Virus record (IMG/VR): IMGVR_UViG_3300025929_000003
Coordinates: 4,421 to 68,420 of that record
DNA length: 64,000 bases
Origin: a virus
Direction: 5' to 3' (one strand)
The notes below the pieces were generated by a model. The model did not search any database. It saw only the letters and a list, made by a program, of their open reading frames with translations, and was not told where the DNA came from. How positions within the stretch are numbered: position 1 is the first letter of the stretch; every line of letters starts with the position of its first letter. Shown piece by piece: positions 37,230 to 45,176 of this stretch. The position numbers and the translations under genes were made by a program.

Positions 37230-37744
37230 ACCAAACATTTTTACAAAAATATGGTGACGTAGAGTTACGTTACTTAGGCTGGAAACAGCCATTCGCCAGT
37301 TTAATGCTACACGGGAAGATTGAAACACGGGTTTGGGATACCAAGTATCGTGGCTGGGTCTTGATTACTGCGAGTAAGGGCACGTATAACACCAACCAAA
37401 TAGAAGATATATCTGGCGTAACGCAGGGATATAGGATATTGAAACAGTTTAATGGCGACATAAAGTCTTTGCCAACGGGTAAAGCTATTGCAGTCGGTAG
37501 GTTGGTTGATAGTCGCCCAATGACAGTATCCGACGAGGATGCTTGCTTTGTCCAATATAAAGAACCATGGGTCGTTCCAGTCACAAGAGACTTCTTTGGT
37601 ACGCCTGTTACTACTTATAAGAACAAACAGTTGTGGTGCCACGTATACGAGGATGTACAACCAATAGAACCGCTTGAGTGGTACGGTAACCAAGGTTGGA
37701 ATACGCTTGATGTAGGGCATAAAGAGAAGATATTCCTCCTATGA
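37226..37744 (+). CDS. ASCH-domain protein
   Basis: KQPFASLMLHGKIETRVW...RG.VLITAS...YGNQGW. Confidence 0.8.
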   Translation: MNQTFLQKYGDVELRYLGWKQPFASLMLHGKIETRVWDTKYRGWVLITASKGTYNTNQIEDISGVTQGYRILKQFNGDIKSLPTGKAIAVGRLVDSRPMTVSDEDACFVQYKEPWVVPVTRDFFGTPVTTYKNKQLWCHVYEDVQPIEPLEWYGNQGWNTLDVGHKEKIFLL

Positions 37745-37962
37745 CACTCCTCGAAACCTTTAACCGCCTTATCGAACAGCATGGCGGGAGAGAGGTGTTA
37801 GCGGAGATTATCAAGGATGAGTATAACCAAGGCAATAAGTACAACAACTACAGCGTGGCTGAGCCTGGAAAGCTAACACGCAACCAAACCCACTATTACA
37901 GAAAGAAACTTAGGTATTTAAAGGAATATGCCAACCAACCCCCATTAACCAGTAATAATTAA
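37741..37962 (+). CDS. Hypothetical protein
   Basis: 73-aa ORF. Confidence 0.55.
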   Translation: MTLLETFNRLIEQHGGREVLAEIIKDEYNQGNKYNNYSVAEPGKLTRNQTHYYRKKLRYLKEYANQPPLTSNN

Positions 37963-37967
37963 AGGAT

Positions 37968-38240
37968 ATGAAAACAGCAGTAAAATCAAATGTTGAATTT
38001 CTAATAAACGTACAATTGACAGAGATTGAAGCGAGAGCTCTTGACGCAATTGTCGGATATGGCATAAAACCGTTTTTAGAAGTTTTTTATAAAAGCTTAG
38101 GGCAATCTTATTTGAAAGCACACGAAGACGGTGCAAAAACCCTGTTTGAGCATGTTAGAGCAGATTTAAGCCAGCAGTTACATAATATCGATGAAGCGCG
38201 GGCGGCTATAAATAAAATTAACGTTATCAACCCTATTTAA
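37968..38240 (+). CDS. Hypothetical protein
   Basis: LTEIEARALDAIVGYG..PFLEVFY. Confidence 0.65.
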   Translation: MKTAVKSNVEFLINVQLTEIEARALDAIVGYGIKPFLEVFYKSLGQSYLKAHEDGAKTLFEHVRADLSQQLHNIDEARAAINKINVINPI

Positions 38241-38253
38241 CCCCCACCAAATC

Positions 38254-38697
38254 ATGCAAACAAAAGAGCAAAGCATTTTCATGTCCCAATATTTATGGCA
38301 AAAAGTATTTATATCGCCAAAAGAAAAGTTTAACCCAGTATTATTAACACCGCAGGACTTAGAGTTTAGAGTTCCTGAATTTGGAGGCTATCTACAACTC
38401 CGCAGTATAGAGCAATTGACTGATGAGGAAATAACTGAATTGATGTACAGTATCGGTTTGCGCTGGCCTGAAATTGACAGCAAGGACGACGATAGTATAT
38501 TAATAGTTGATGACAGCTATTCTGTAGGGCTATACTTTGATGGAACTGTGGTTATGTACAAAGGTCGCGGAATGCAACGCAAGCCTTATTGGAATGACAT
38601 TAAGGCGTTGTACGATGGTTTGATACAATTAGGCGTGTGCCTATCAAAAGAAGCCATAACAAAAGGCTGGGCTGTCATAAAGGAGGATGGGGTATGA
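38254..38697 (+). CDS. Hypothetical protein
   Basis: 147 aa, LQLRSIEQLTDEEI. Confidence 0.65.
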   Translation: MQTKEQSIFMSQYLWQKVFISPKEKFNPVLLTPQDLEFRVPEFGGYLQLRSIEQLTDEEITELMYSIGLRWPEIDSKDDDSILIVDDSYSVGLYFDGTVVMYKGRGMQRKPYWNDIKALYDGLIQLGVCLSKEAITKGWAVIKEDGV

Positions 38698-38918
38698 GAT
38701 TCGACTACGATAAATTTGCTAAAGCAATTAAAGCTAAAATGTACAGGCCAGTAGAGGGTTATCGTCCTAATGGTGTACGTTATTGGGCTAATCAAATTGG
38801 CATCAGTAGCGCAACATTATCCCGCGTAACCAATGGTAAATGCGCCGATCTTGATACCACATTAAAAATATGTACCTGGCTTGAAATTGAAATAGAGCAC
38901 TTTATTAACCCCCTCTAA
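38694..38918 (+). CDS. XRE-family HTH regulator
   Basis: RYWANQIGISSATLSRVTNG...DTTLKICTWL. Confidence 0.85.
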   Translation: MRFDYDKFAKAIKAKMYRPVEGYRPNGVRYWANQIGISSATLSRVTNGKCADLDTTLKICTWLEIEIEHFINPL

Positions 38919-38946
38919 GTGGTAACAATATATTACTTGGGACAAG

Positions 38947-39126
38947 TTAATTTTCAAAAACGCTATTGTAAACCTCAAATATCTTTTTTCCTACATCATC
39001 AGGTAAGTTCTTTTCAAGTATCATAAACTGTGGTTCATCTCCATTCCAAAAATGAAGGTCAACATGGTCTAATGAAAGTGCTTTTAACGTTGCTTTTACA
39101 GCTAACTCTTTTTCATAGAAGTTCAT
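38947..39126 (-). CDS. Small hypothetical protein (59 aa)
   Basis: Hand-found MNFYEKELAVKATL...VFEN. Confidence 0.45.
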   Translation of the reverse strand: MNFYEKELAVKATLKALSLDHVDLHFWNGDEPQFMILEKNLPDDVGKKIFEVYNSVFEN

Positions 39127-39344
39127 AAATTCCAGTGCGGTTTTTGGTAGATGTAACGTTCATCTATACGCACTATATAAAAGTATATTTTTTATTCAGG
39201 TAAAAAAGGGCTAATATTCGCCCTATGATTTCGATATTAAGCGGATATTTAAAAGTGTTTATATTTATTTAGATTTGTCTAAAAATAAAATTAGCTTCAT
39301 TTAAATTTTGAAATGTAACTAATTTGTACGTTATTCGTATAAAA

Positions 39345-39535
39345 CAGGAAAGCCCACCTTTAGGGTGGGCTACTTCAAATGGTGCGCAACGTCATTGTTC
39401 CTGCTTAACTTTGCGATTACTGGCGGCTTCTATCTCATTTCGGGTAATGAGCCGAACATAGTTCCCGCAACGCTCATGAGGTCTCCGCTATCTCGGTCTG
39501 TCGGACTACTTCACCCACGCAGTTAAGTATCTTAT
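39345..39535. ncRNA. Candidate multi-junction structured RNA flanked by opposing terminators
   Basis: CTTAACT-GCG closing stem, TCCG/CGGA, GCGG/CCGC, GAAC/GTTC, CTCATT/AATGAG; hairpins at 39351-39371 and 39538-39560. Confidence 0.55.
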
Positions 39536-39537
39536 TA

Positions 39538-39560
39538 GGCGGGTAAAACCGCCTTTTTTT
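39538..39560 (+). terminator. Intrinsic terminator
   Basis: GGCGG-GTAAAA-CCGCC followed by T7. Confidence 0.7.
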
Positions 39561-39993
39561 ATTTGTTTTTCCAAGACAATTTGCCATAGCGATATTTCCC
39601 ATTACTGTCTGTCTTTTTGCTTTTATAATAAACCTTGTTATCCTTGCCTCCTAAAACTTTTGATAAGTTCTGTATGACCGCCGTTTTATCCTTCGCACGC
39701 TCGTCTTCATATTTTTCTATTAACAAATTATAGGTTTCACCAGTAGATAATTCTACTTGTTCCACATCAAAAATGTAATCTACTCGTTTATTCAACGTCT
39801 TAATTGTATGCCATACGTTAACGTCTTGTTGAATTTTTGTAATGAGGTTCACGCCCTCAAATAAAGGCGTTTGAGAGCCTATTGGAAAGGTAGTAATTTT
39901 GATAGGCGTTGTAGTGGTTAGAAACTTTATTCGGTCGTTGATATATTTTTTTTTCTCCAATAAAGTACTAATGGTCTTTTCTGTTTCCACCAA
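39559..39993 (-). CDS. AT-rich basic hypothetical protein
   Basis: 144 aa, isolated, directly upstream of the structured RNA. Confidence 0.55.
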   Translation of the reverse strand: MVETEKTISTLLEKKKYINDRIKFLTTTTPIKITTFPIGSQTPLFEGVNLITKIQQDVNVWHTIKTLNKRVDYIFDVEQVELSTGETYNLLIEKYEDERAKDKTAVIQNLSKVLGGKDNKVYYKSKKTDSNGKYRYGKLSWKNK

Positions 39994-40142
39994 TTCTTTT
40001 CTGTAACTATTGACTAATAAATCAAGTTCCGCTTGTTCTAATAAAAGACGTCCAGTTAACGTTGGGTATTCTGCATGGCAAAAAAAACGTATTCGAGAAC
40101 CGCCAAATCAACTATTCCACACGTAAAACAAGTAATCAATAT

Positions 40143-40439
40143 ATGAAACGTAAAACTATCATCACCGCCCTCCTTACTGTAGCAGTAGGCACGGCTTTCG
40201 CGCAGACACAACAAGCGCCCCAGAAACAATTACCACCATCTGTCCACATCGAACTGTCGGACAAGCAAGTTATTCGCTTAGATAGCCTTATTCAGCGTTT
40301 AACGCAGCAGATAGACAGCAAAGCGGTTACCGCCAACATCTTTTCTGTGGTTGCACCTATTTACAGCCAGATTGAGGCGCAGATGGTGCCCGCGGTTAAG
40401 CCCGAAGAAAAGAAACCTACGCAAGCTAAAAAACCTTAA
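40143..40439 (+). CDS. Secreted/periplasmic protein with Sec signal peptide
   Basis: MKRKTIITALLTVAVGTAFA|Q. Confidence 0.7.
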   Translation: MKRKTIITALLTVAVGTAFAQTQQAPQKQLPPSVHIELSDKQVIRLDSLIQRLTQQIDSKAVTANIFSVVAPIYSQIEAQMVPAVKPEEKKPTQAKKP

Positions 40440-40471
40440 CTTTAATCAACCAATTTAATTTAACCCCACAA

Positions 40472-40687
40472 ATGAACACACAACCAACTTTAAAACACAA
40501 GTGCGTACAGGTTTCGGATAACTTCCATATCCTGTACGTCCAACAATTCTTCTTAGGATGCATTGCTTATTGGTGTAAGGTACGTGACTTGCCTTACAAT
40601 CATTGGGATACCATACGGGTCACGGCGAAGTTGGACGATGTGGAGTTTGTGGACAGGAGAAAACGTAAATATTCATTTTTAAAATAA
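40472..40687 (+). CDS. Hypothetical protein
   Basis: 71-aa ORF. Confidence 0.5.
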   Translation: MNTQPTLKHKCVQVSDNFHILYVQQFFLGCIAYWCKVRDLPYNHWDTIRVTAKLDDVEFVDRRKRKYSFLK

Positions 40688-40692
40688 GCATC

Positions 40693-41145
40693 ATGTCAGT
40701 AATCGAAACAGTACTAAAATCAATCGCCACTTTCATCAGCAAGTTGGCGGGATGGGTCAAAACCACCACCTCGGATGGCACCACAATCGCCAATGAAATC
40801 AAAACCATTATCGACAACCCAGCATGGGACGTTGCCGTATCGTTCACCGCTACCAATGTAGATAACCAAGCCTTAGCGATGTTAAGGAACTGGTTAGCCG
40901 CCTACCTGATAGATAGCAAAATCGTGTCCTCAGCGACCGTAGAATTGAATGATATCTTTAAGGAAGCCTCTGATGCCATCAGTAAAATGGAGATGCCTGA
41001 GGCGAAGATTAACACCCTAAACGGGATAGCGGCTTATGCCAACGTGAAGTCAGCAGAATTGGATGGGAAGACTATACCCATGGAGACAGCGGTAAGTATT
41101 CAGCAATCCGCCTATCATCACCCTGAGTTGTTGGAAGTAAAATAA
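40693..41145 (+). CDS. Hypothetical helical protein
   Basis: 150-aa ORF. Confidence 0.65.
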   Translation: MSVIETVLKSIATFISKLAGWVKTTTSDGTTIANEIKTIIDNPAWDVAVSFTATNVDNQALAMLRNWLAAYLIDSKIVSSATVELNDIFKEASDAISKMEMPEAKINTLNGIAAYANVKSAELDGKTIPMETAVSIQQSAYHHPELLEVK

Positions 41146-41199
41146 TTTAAAAATCAAACTTAAAACCTCTCGATATATAAGGTTAATCGAACAATAAAA

Positions 41200-41475
41200 A
41201 TGGAATTACCGAGTAACTTTCAAATCGGGGATAATTGTGAATTTATCCCAATGGCAAAGCAATTATCTGCTGATTGTATATCAAACGAACCCCGTGACGG
41301 TAAAATTGTAGCAGTAAGATTTACAGAAGCAAAAATCTTCTACGATATCTTTGATATTTATTATGCTAAAATCTATAAAAACGTAGATAGTTCAAAAGTA
41401 TTTAGATACACTTTCGCAAATCTTCCTCACTCTGAGGAAACCACCCCTGAGCCTTTAATCACACAAAGCAAATAA
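41200..41475 (+). CDS. Hypothetical SH3-like beta protein
   Basis: FQIGD.C.F...GKIVAVRF...YD. Confidence 0.55.
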   Translation: MELPSNFQIGDNCEFIPMAKQLSADCISNEPRDGKIVAVRFTEAKIFYDIFDIYYAKIYKNVDSSKVFRYTFANLPHSEETTPEPLITQSK

Positions 41476-41504
41476 AGCAAAGAAATAGCCTAAAGAGAGC
41501 ATTC

Positions 41505-41540
41505 AGGGCGGTCAACTCAAAAAGTAGCCGCCCTTTTTTT
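41505..41540 (+). terminator. Intrinsic terminator
   Basis: AGGGCGG...CCGCCCT followed by T tract. Confidence 0.7.
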
Positions 41541-41850
41541 ATTGTTTGTCATCAACAATCTTTACACCAAACATCTTGCTAATACCCTTAACCACTGGCG
41601 TAGCAAATAAAGTAAAGAAGTAAAATATGTGCTGAGTAAATTCAGTGTTGAATATCTTATCAGCCACAATCCACGCTAAAAAACTGGTCGTAACGATAAG
41701 ATAAATGTCAAAAGCTGCATTTGCCCATTTAGGAGTCGGTAGACTAACCGCAGCCAGCCCAAATGTTGTTGTAGTTGGGTCTACCTTTTTGGCGTCTTGC
41801 GTGTTTGCTGGCTCTGTGCCCGGTAGTGGTGTTTCGTCTTGATTTGCCAT
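41539..41850 (-). CDS. Holin-like membrane protein
   Basis: Two TM helices, basic C-terminus, immediately after the endolysin. Confidence 0.55.
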   Translation of the reverse strand: MANQDETPLPGTEPANTQDAKKVDPTTTTFGLAAVSLPTPKWANAAFDIYLIVTTSFLAWIVADKIFNTEFTQHIFYFFTLFATPVVKGISKMFGVKIVDDKQ

Positions 41851-41852
41851 AA

Positions 41853-42491
41853 TTATACAATGTTTGCTAATTTATTTAATTCTTCTTTACTGCCCATGAA
41901 ATAATTGAGGTCTAAACCGCCGCCCTTAATAGCGCCACCAAAAGTCCCAAATTGGCTGTACTGCCAAAAATCAAGTTTAGTGTACCCTTTGGGTAACCCC
42001 GGTTGGGTTGACTGATAGGAAGCTAACCATAATGGATTATTAGGCCATGAATGGTCTTTAAGATAGTCCCTAAAGAAATTCTTATAGCTATATATCATTG
42101 GCTTGCGACCTGTAGCCTTTTCAATAATCAACAACCAGTCGGTTATTAATTGAATAAAGGCATCTTTATCTTTCGTAATACCACTATTTAGCGATGCTGG
42201 CACCTGATCTTCCACATCGAGCACAGGCGGTAGCACCCCCGGCTTTGAAAAGTCTATGCCGAACGATAAAAAGTTATCGGCCTGTTTTTGTGCACTATCA
42301 ACTGCAGTCAGAAAGTGATAAGCCCCCCTATATAGGTTTGTGGTCTTAAGATGTTGCCAATTCTCATTAAACTTTGGGTCTCTGTATCCAGCGCCTTGAG
42401 TTGCTTTGCAGAACACAAACTTAATATCGGGCGAAAGATTAGCCCATGGTACGGGGCTGTTGAAGTGCGAAATGTCACAACCTTTTATCAT
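41853..42491 (-). CDS. GH25 muramidase endolysin
   Basis: GCDISHF, FVFCKATQG, RGAYHF, LDVED, FWQYS, LDLNYF. Confidence 0.92.
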   Translation of the reverse strand: MIKGCDISHFNSPVPWANLSPDIKFVFCKATQGAGYRDPKFNENWQHLKTTNLYRGAYHFLTAVDSAQKQADNFLSFGIDFSKPGVLPPVLDVEDQVPASLNSGITKDKDAFIQLITDWLLIIEKATGRKPMIYSYKNFFRDYLKDHSWPNNPLWLASYQSTQPGLPKGYTKLDFWQYSQFGTFGGAIKGGGLDLNYFMGSKEELNKLANIV

Positions 42492-42562
42492 AATAACGTT
42501 TTATTTTAAAACAAACTTTTTTGGTAGATAAATAAATTTAACAAATATACTATTTTTGACAT

Positions 42563-43078
42563 ATGGAAGTTTTTTTTGATATAAATGGATTTGATAACTA
42601 TCAATTGTCTAAAAGCGGCTTGGTAATAAGTAAAAAGTCTAATCGGCTTTTAAAATGCGGGTTAATGGCTAAAAGAAAGGGGACATCGTCTGGATATTGG
42701 GGTTTTTTGTTAAAATCTTCTTTGACTGGAAAATTCCAAACACAATATATTCATCGATTATTAGCCACTCACTTTATTCCCAACCCCGATAATAAGCCAC
42801 AAGTTAACCATATTAATGGAATTAAGACCGATAATAGGTTAGAAAACTTAGAGTGGTGCACTTCCAAAGAAAACATTATACATGCATGGGAAAGCGGGTT
42901 GTGTAATACTCATTCCATAAAAAATGGGACTTCACTAATAAAACCTTGTAAAATAAATGGATTAGATTTTCCATCTATCAATGCCGCGTCCTGTTACTTT
43001 AATATATCTTACTATGCTTTGAGTTCTTACGTTAATCATGGCAAGAAATTAAAAAAATACAAGGCTTTTTTTAATTAA
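42563..43078 (+). CDS. HNH homing endonuclease, inverted inside the lysis cassette
   Basis: [37 protein letters not shown]; AT-rich; TATTTTTG box just upstream. Confidence 0.9.
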   Translation: MEVFFDINGFDNYQLSKSGLVISKKSNRLLKCGLMAKRKGTSSGYWGFLLKSSLTGKFQTQYIHRLLATHFIPNPDNKPQVNHINGIKTDNRLENLEWCTSKENIIHAWESGLCNTHSIKNGTSLIKPCKINGLDFPSINAASCYFNISYYALSSYVNHGKKLKKYKAFFN

Positions 43079-43131
43079 AAAAGGGGAAACCAAAATCGCT
43101 CTGATATCCCCTTCAACCATAAAGTTCTTTT

Positions 43132-43278
43132 TTAAGGCGCTACGTACACAATCATTCCCCAAACAAGCAAACATATCGCCAGATAGAGATAGTCGCTCCT
43201 GCGCCACGTATAGTTGGCGTAATAGTATACCATCGCTATACATATCCACCCCATAATCAGTATTGGTATCTTTGACAT
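43132..43278 (-). CDS. Small 2-TM protein (48 aa)
   Basis: Hand-found MSKIPILIMGWICIAMVYYY...LAICLLVWGMIVYVAP; TGATG coupling. Confidence 0.55.
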   Translation of the reverse strand: MSKIPILIMGWICIAMVYYYANYTWRRSDYLYLAICLLVWGMIVYVAP

Positions 43279-43457
43279 CACTTTGTGCGATTTACCTGTT
43301 CCCGTAGTTCCCTGTTTTCTTCCCGCAATTCCTGATACTGCTGGTCTTTCAATTTCTGTATGCCATCATTCACCTCGCTTTTCACCCACACACGTATTAG
43401 CCACATTAGCCCGCTGAATAAGACAGCCCCCAATGCAATCCATGCGCCCGCATCCAT
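43278..43457 (-). CDS. Small TM + coiled-coil protein (59 aa)
   Basis: Hand-found MDAGAWIALGAVLFSGLMWLIRVW...ELREENRELREQV; TAATG coupling to the REC gene. Confidence 0.6.
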   Translation of the reverse strand: MDAGAWIALGAVLFSGLMWLIRVWVKSEVNDGIQKLKDQQYQELREENRELREQVNRTK

Positions 43458-43864
43458 TATTGTTTAAATTTAGCCTTGTCCAACAATTTAGGTTTTAGTG
43501 CGTCTACTTTAGCTCTTAACTCCTTTAGCCACTCTATATTGTGCGTCTTCTCCACCACGGCATCAACCCTGCACTCTATCAGCTTCATTAATATCTCTTT
43601 ATCGAAGTAAGCGGACATAGCTACGATGTAACAACCAGGATTAACGCTCACAAACGTTTTAATAGCCTCTATGGCGTTGTAACGAGCCACCCTGATGTCT
43701 GTTATCACTAAATCAACATCCTTGCTGAAATCGCTTAAAAATGGCTCAGGGGAGTGGTAAGTGCGGATGTCGTAGGCATACTCATCCGAAAAGATATTCT
43801 TAATGAAGTCTAAGACAATACTATCGTCATCCAATACGGATATCAGTATTTTTATAGGTGGCAT
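43457..43864 (-). CDS. Single-domain response-regulator receiver (CheY-like)
   Basis: Acidic pocket LDDDS, phosphoacceptor DLVITD, AMSA, conserved K in VVEK. Confidence 0.85.
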   Translation of the reverse strand: MPPIKILISVLDDDSIVLDFIKNIFSDEYAYDIRTYHSPEPFLSDFSKDVDLVITDIRVARYNAIEAIKTFVSVNPGCYIVAMSAYFDKEILMKLIECRVDAVVEKTHNIEWLKELRAKVDALKPKLLDKAKFKQ

Positions 43865-44175
43865 TATCTATCCCGCTTTATTTCGTACAACAATTTCATT
43901 AGTTCGTCCCTATCCTTAATCCTGCGTTCCTCGTTTTCACGAATCGTCTTTTCAAGGTCTTCAATTTCGGGCTTGATTATTGTCTTAACAGAATCGGATA
44001 GATTTCTATCCATTCTTTTCGCTACTAACTTAATAATCCCATCGATACCCTTGTATAAAATGGCTATAATGGATAATTCTTCCCAGTGGTCTTTCAGGAA
44101 GGATATGATATTATTGGTTTCTTGTGGTGCCTGCATGGTCTTTGATAGACTTGAATAAACCATGTCTGTACCCAC
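43864..44175 (-). CDS. Hydrophobic segment + coiled-coil protein
   Basis: LSIIAILYKGIDGIIKLV then a heptad tail; TAATG coupling to REC. Confidence 0.6.
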   Translation of the reverse strand: MGTDMVYSSLSKTMQAPQETNNIISFLKDHWEELSIIAILYKGIDGIIKLVAKRMDRNLSDSVKTIIKPEIEDLEKTIRENEERRIKDRDELMKLLYEIKRDR

Positions 44176-44509
44176 TAATCAATATCATTAAGGTTGTTAT
44201 TACTACGCCTGTTAACATAAGTTTGGTGTTATATGTTCTCTCCAACACTTTATTGTAGTTCAAAATATAAGCCAAACCTAACCAAATGTTATAAGTTGCC
44301 TCAATAATTAAAAATTGTACATCCAGCCACGTTTTCTTTTCGATAAAAATAAACAATAAAATAAATGCGGCCAGAAAAAACCGCTCAGATGCAAAGTAGT
44401 AGGTACACCACCACTCAGAGGCATAATGCTCGCCAGTAGGGTCGTGCATGTAAAACAAGACGCTACCGACGTGCAAAAGCATTGTTAATGGTATTAACAA
44501 TCGTTTCAT
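44111..44509 (-). CDS. Four-TM membrane protein
   Basis: Four hydrophobic stretches in 132 aa. Confidence 0.7.
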   Translation of the reverse strand: MKRLLIPLTMLLHVGSVLFYMHDPTGEHYASEWWCTYYFASERFFLAAFILLFIFIEKKTWLDVQFLIIEATYNIWLGLAYILNYNKVLERTYNTKLMLTGVVITTLMILISGYRHGLFKSIKDHAGTTRNQ

Positions 44510-44512
44510 TCC

Positions 44513-44659
44513 CTAACTCTCTGATGGTGGATGACCGGGATGCCATGTGCCATCCCCATCTGTATAACCATCTTCGCCATCGGGCCCCTCTACTGGATAA
44601 GTGTATGGCGGTGTACCATCGACCTGTTCTTCTTGCTGTTTTGCTTTTTCGTTTGCCAT
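44513..44659 (-). CDS. Small acidic Gly/Pro-rich peptide (48 aa)
   Basis: Hand-found MANEKAKQQEEQVDGTPPYTYPVEGPDGEDGYTDGDGTWHPGHPPSES. Confidence 0.55.
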   Translation of the reverse strand: MANEKAKQQEEQVDGTPPYTYPVEGPDGEDGYTDGDGTWHPGHPPSES

Positions 44660-44679
44660 TGTATGTTGTTTTTAAGTTG

Positions 44680-45165
44680 TTACAATTGAAGTTCCTGTCC
44701 AGATACGTAGCTAAACGTGCTGGTGCCCGAAGTTACTAATTTTACATAATAACCTTGGGGTATAAATGCCGCTAAACAGGTTGTTTGAGACTGCGATGTA
44801 TTTAATCCGACGGTTAGCGTGCCTGTATTGTTATTGGTTGCCGTAGCAACAGTCTTATAGGGGTCTACCGCACCGTTATCCTTAGATATCTGTAAATTGA
44901 TAGTTCCAGACTGACCACCTGCTAAAGATAATGTACTTGTAATATTCAGGCTGTAAGACGCCATAATATCTCTGGTGGCACTTGGTATGTACGCGGTATT
45001 AAACGTGCGTGTAACTATTGTATATGCCCTTGGTACAGGGTTATATTCAAAGGTCTTAGCAAAGATAAATACAGAGCACACTATCGTGAGCAAAAACATA
45101 ATAAGCATATCTCGCCTTGCTGACTTAGCAACCTTGATTTCTGTGGGTGTGATTTGGTTTTTCAT
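44680..45165 (-). CDS. Tail-fibre-like beta domain with N-terminal TM/signal segment
   Basis: RTFNTAY..SATRD..SYS..ITSTLSL.GGQ.G...FIPQGYYV.L. Confidence 0.55.
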   Translation of the reverse strand: MKNQITPTEIKVAKSARRDMLIMFLLTIVCSVFIFAKTFEYNPVPRAYTIVTRTFNTAYIPSATRDIMASYSLNITSTLSLAGGQSGTINLQISKDNGAVDPYKTVATATNNNTGTLTVGLNTSQSQTTCLAAFIPQGYYVKLVTSGTSTFSYVSGQELQL

Positions 45166-45176
45166 AGTAATAAGGC

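Noticed and set aside
39345-39535. IS200/IS605 end or omega RNA, RNase P, group I/II intron domain
   Set aside because: Only short look-alike words (GAAGTAGTCC, GAGCCG, GTGCG); no TnpA/TnpB/IscB or RT gene and no complete catalytic core
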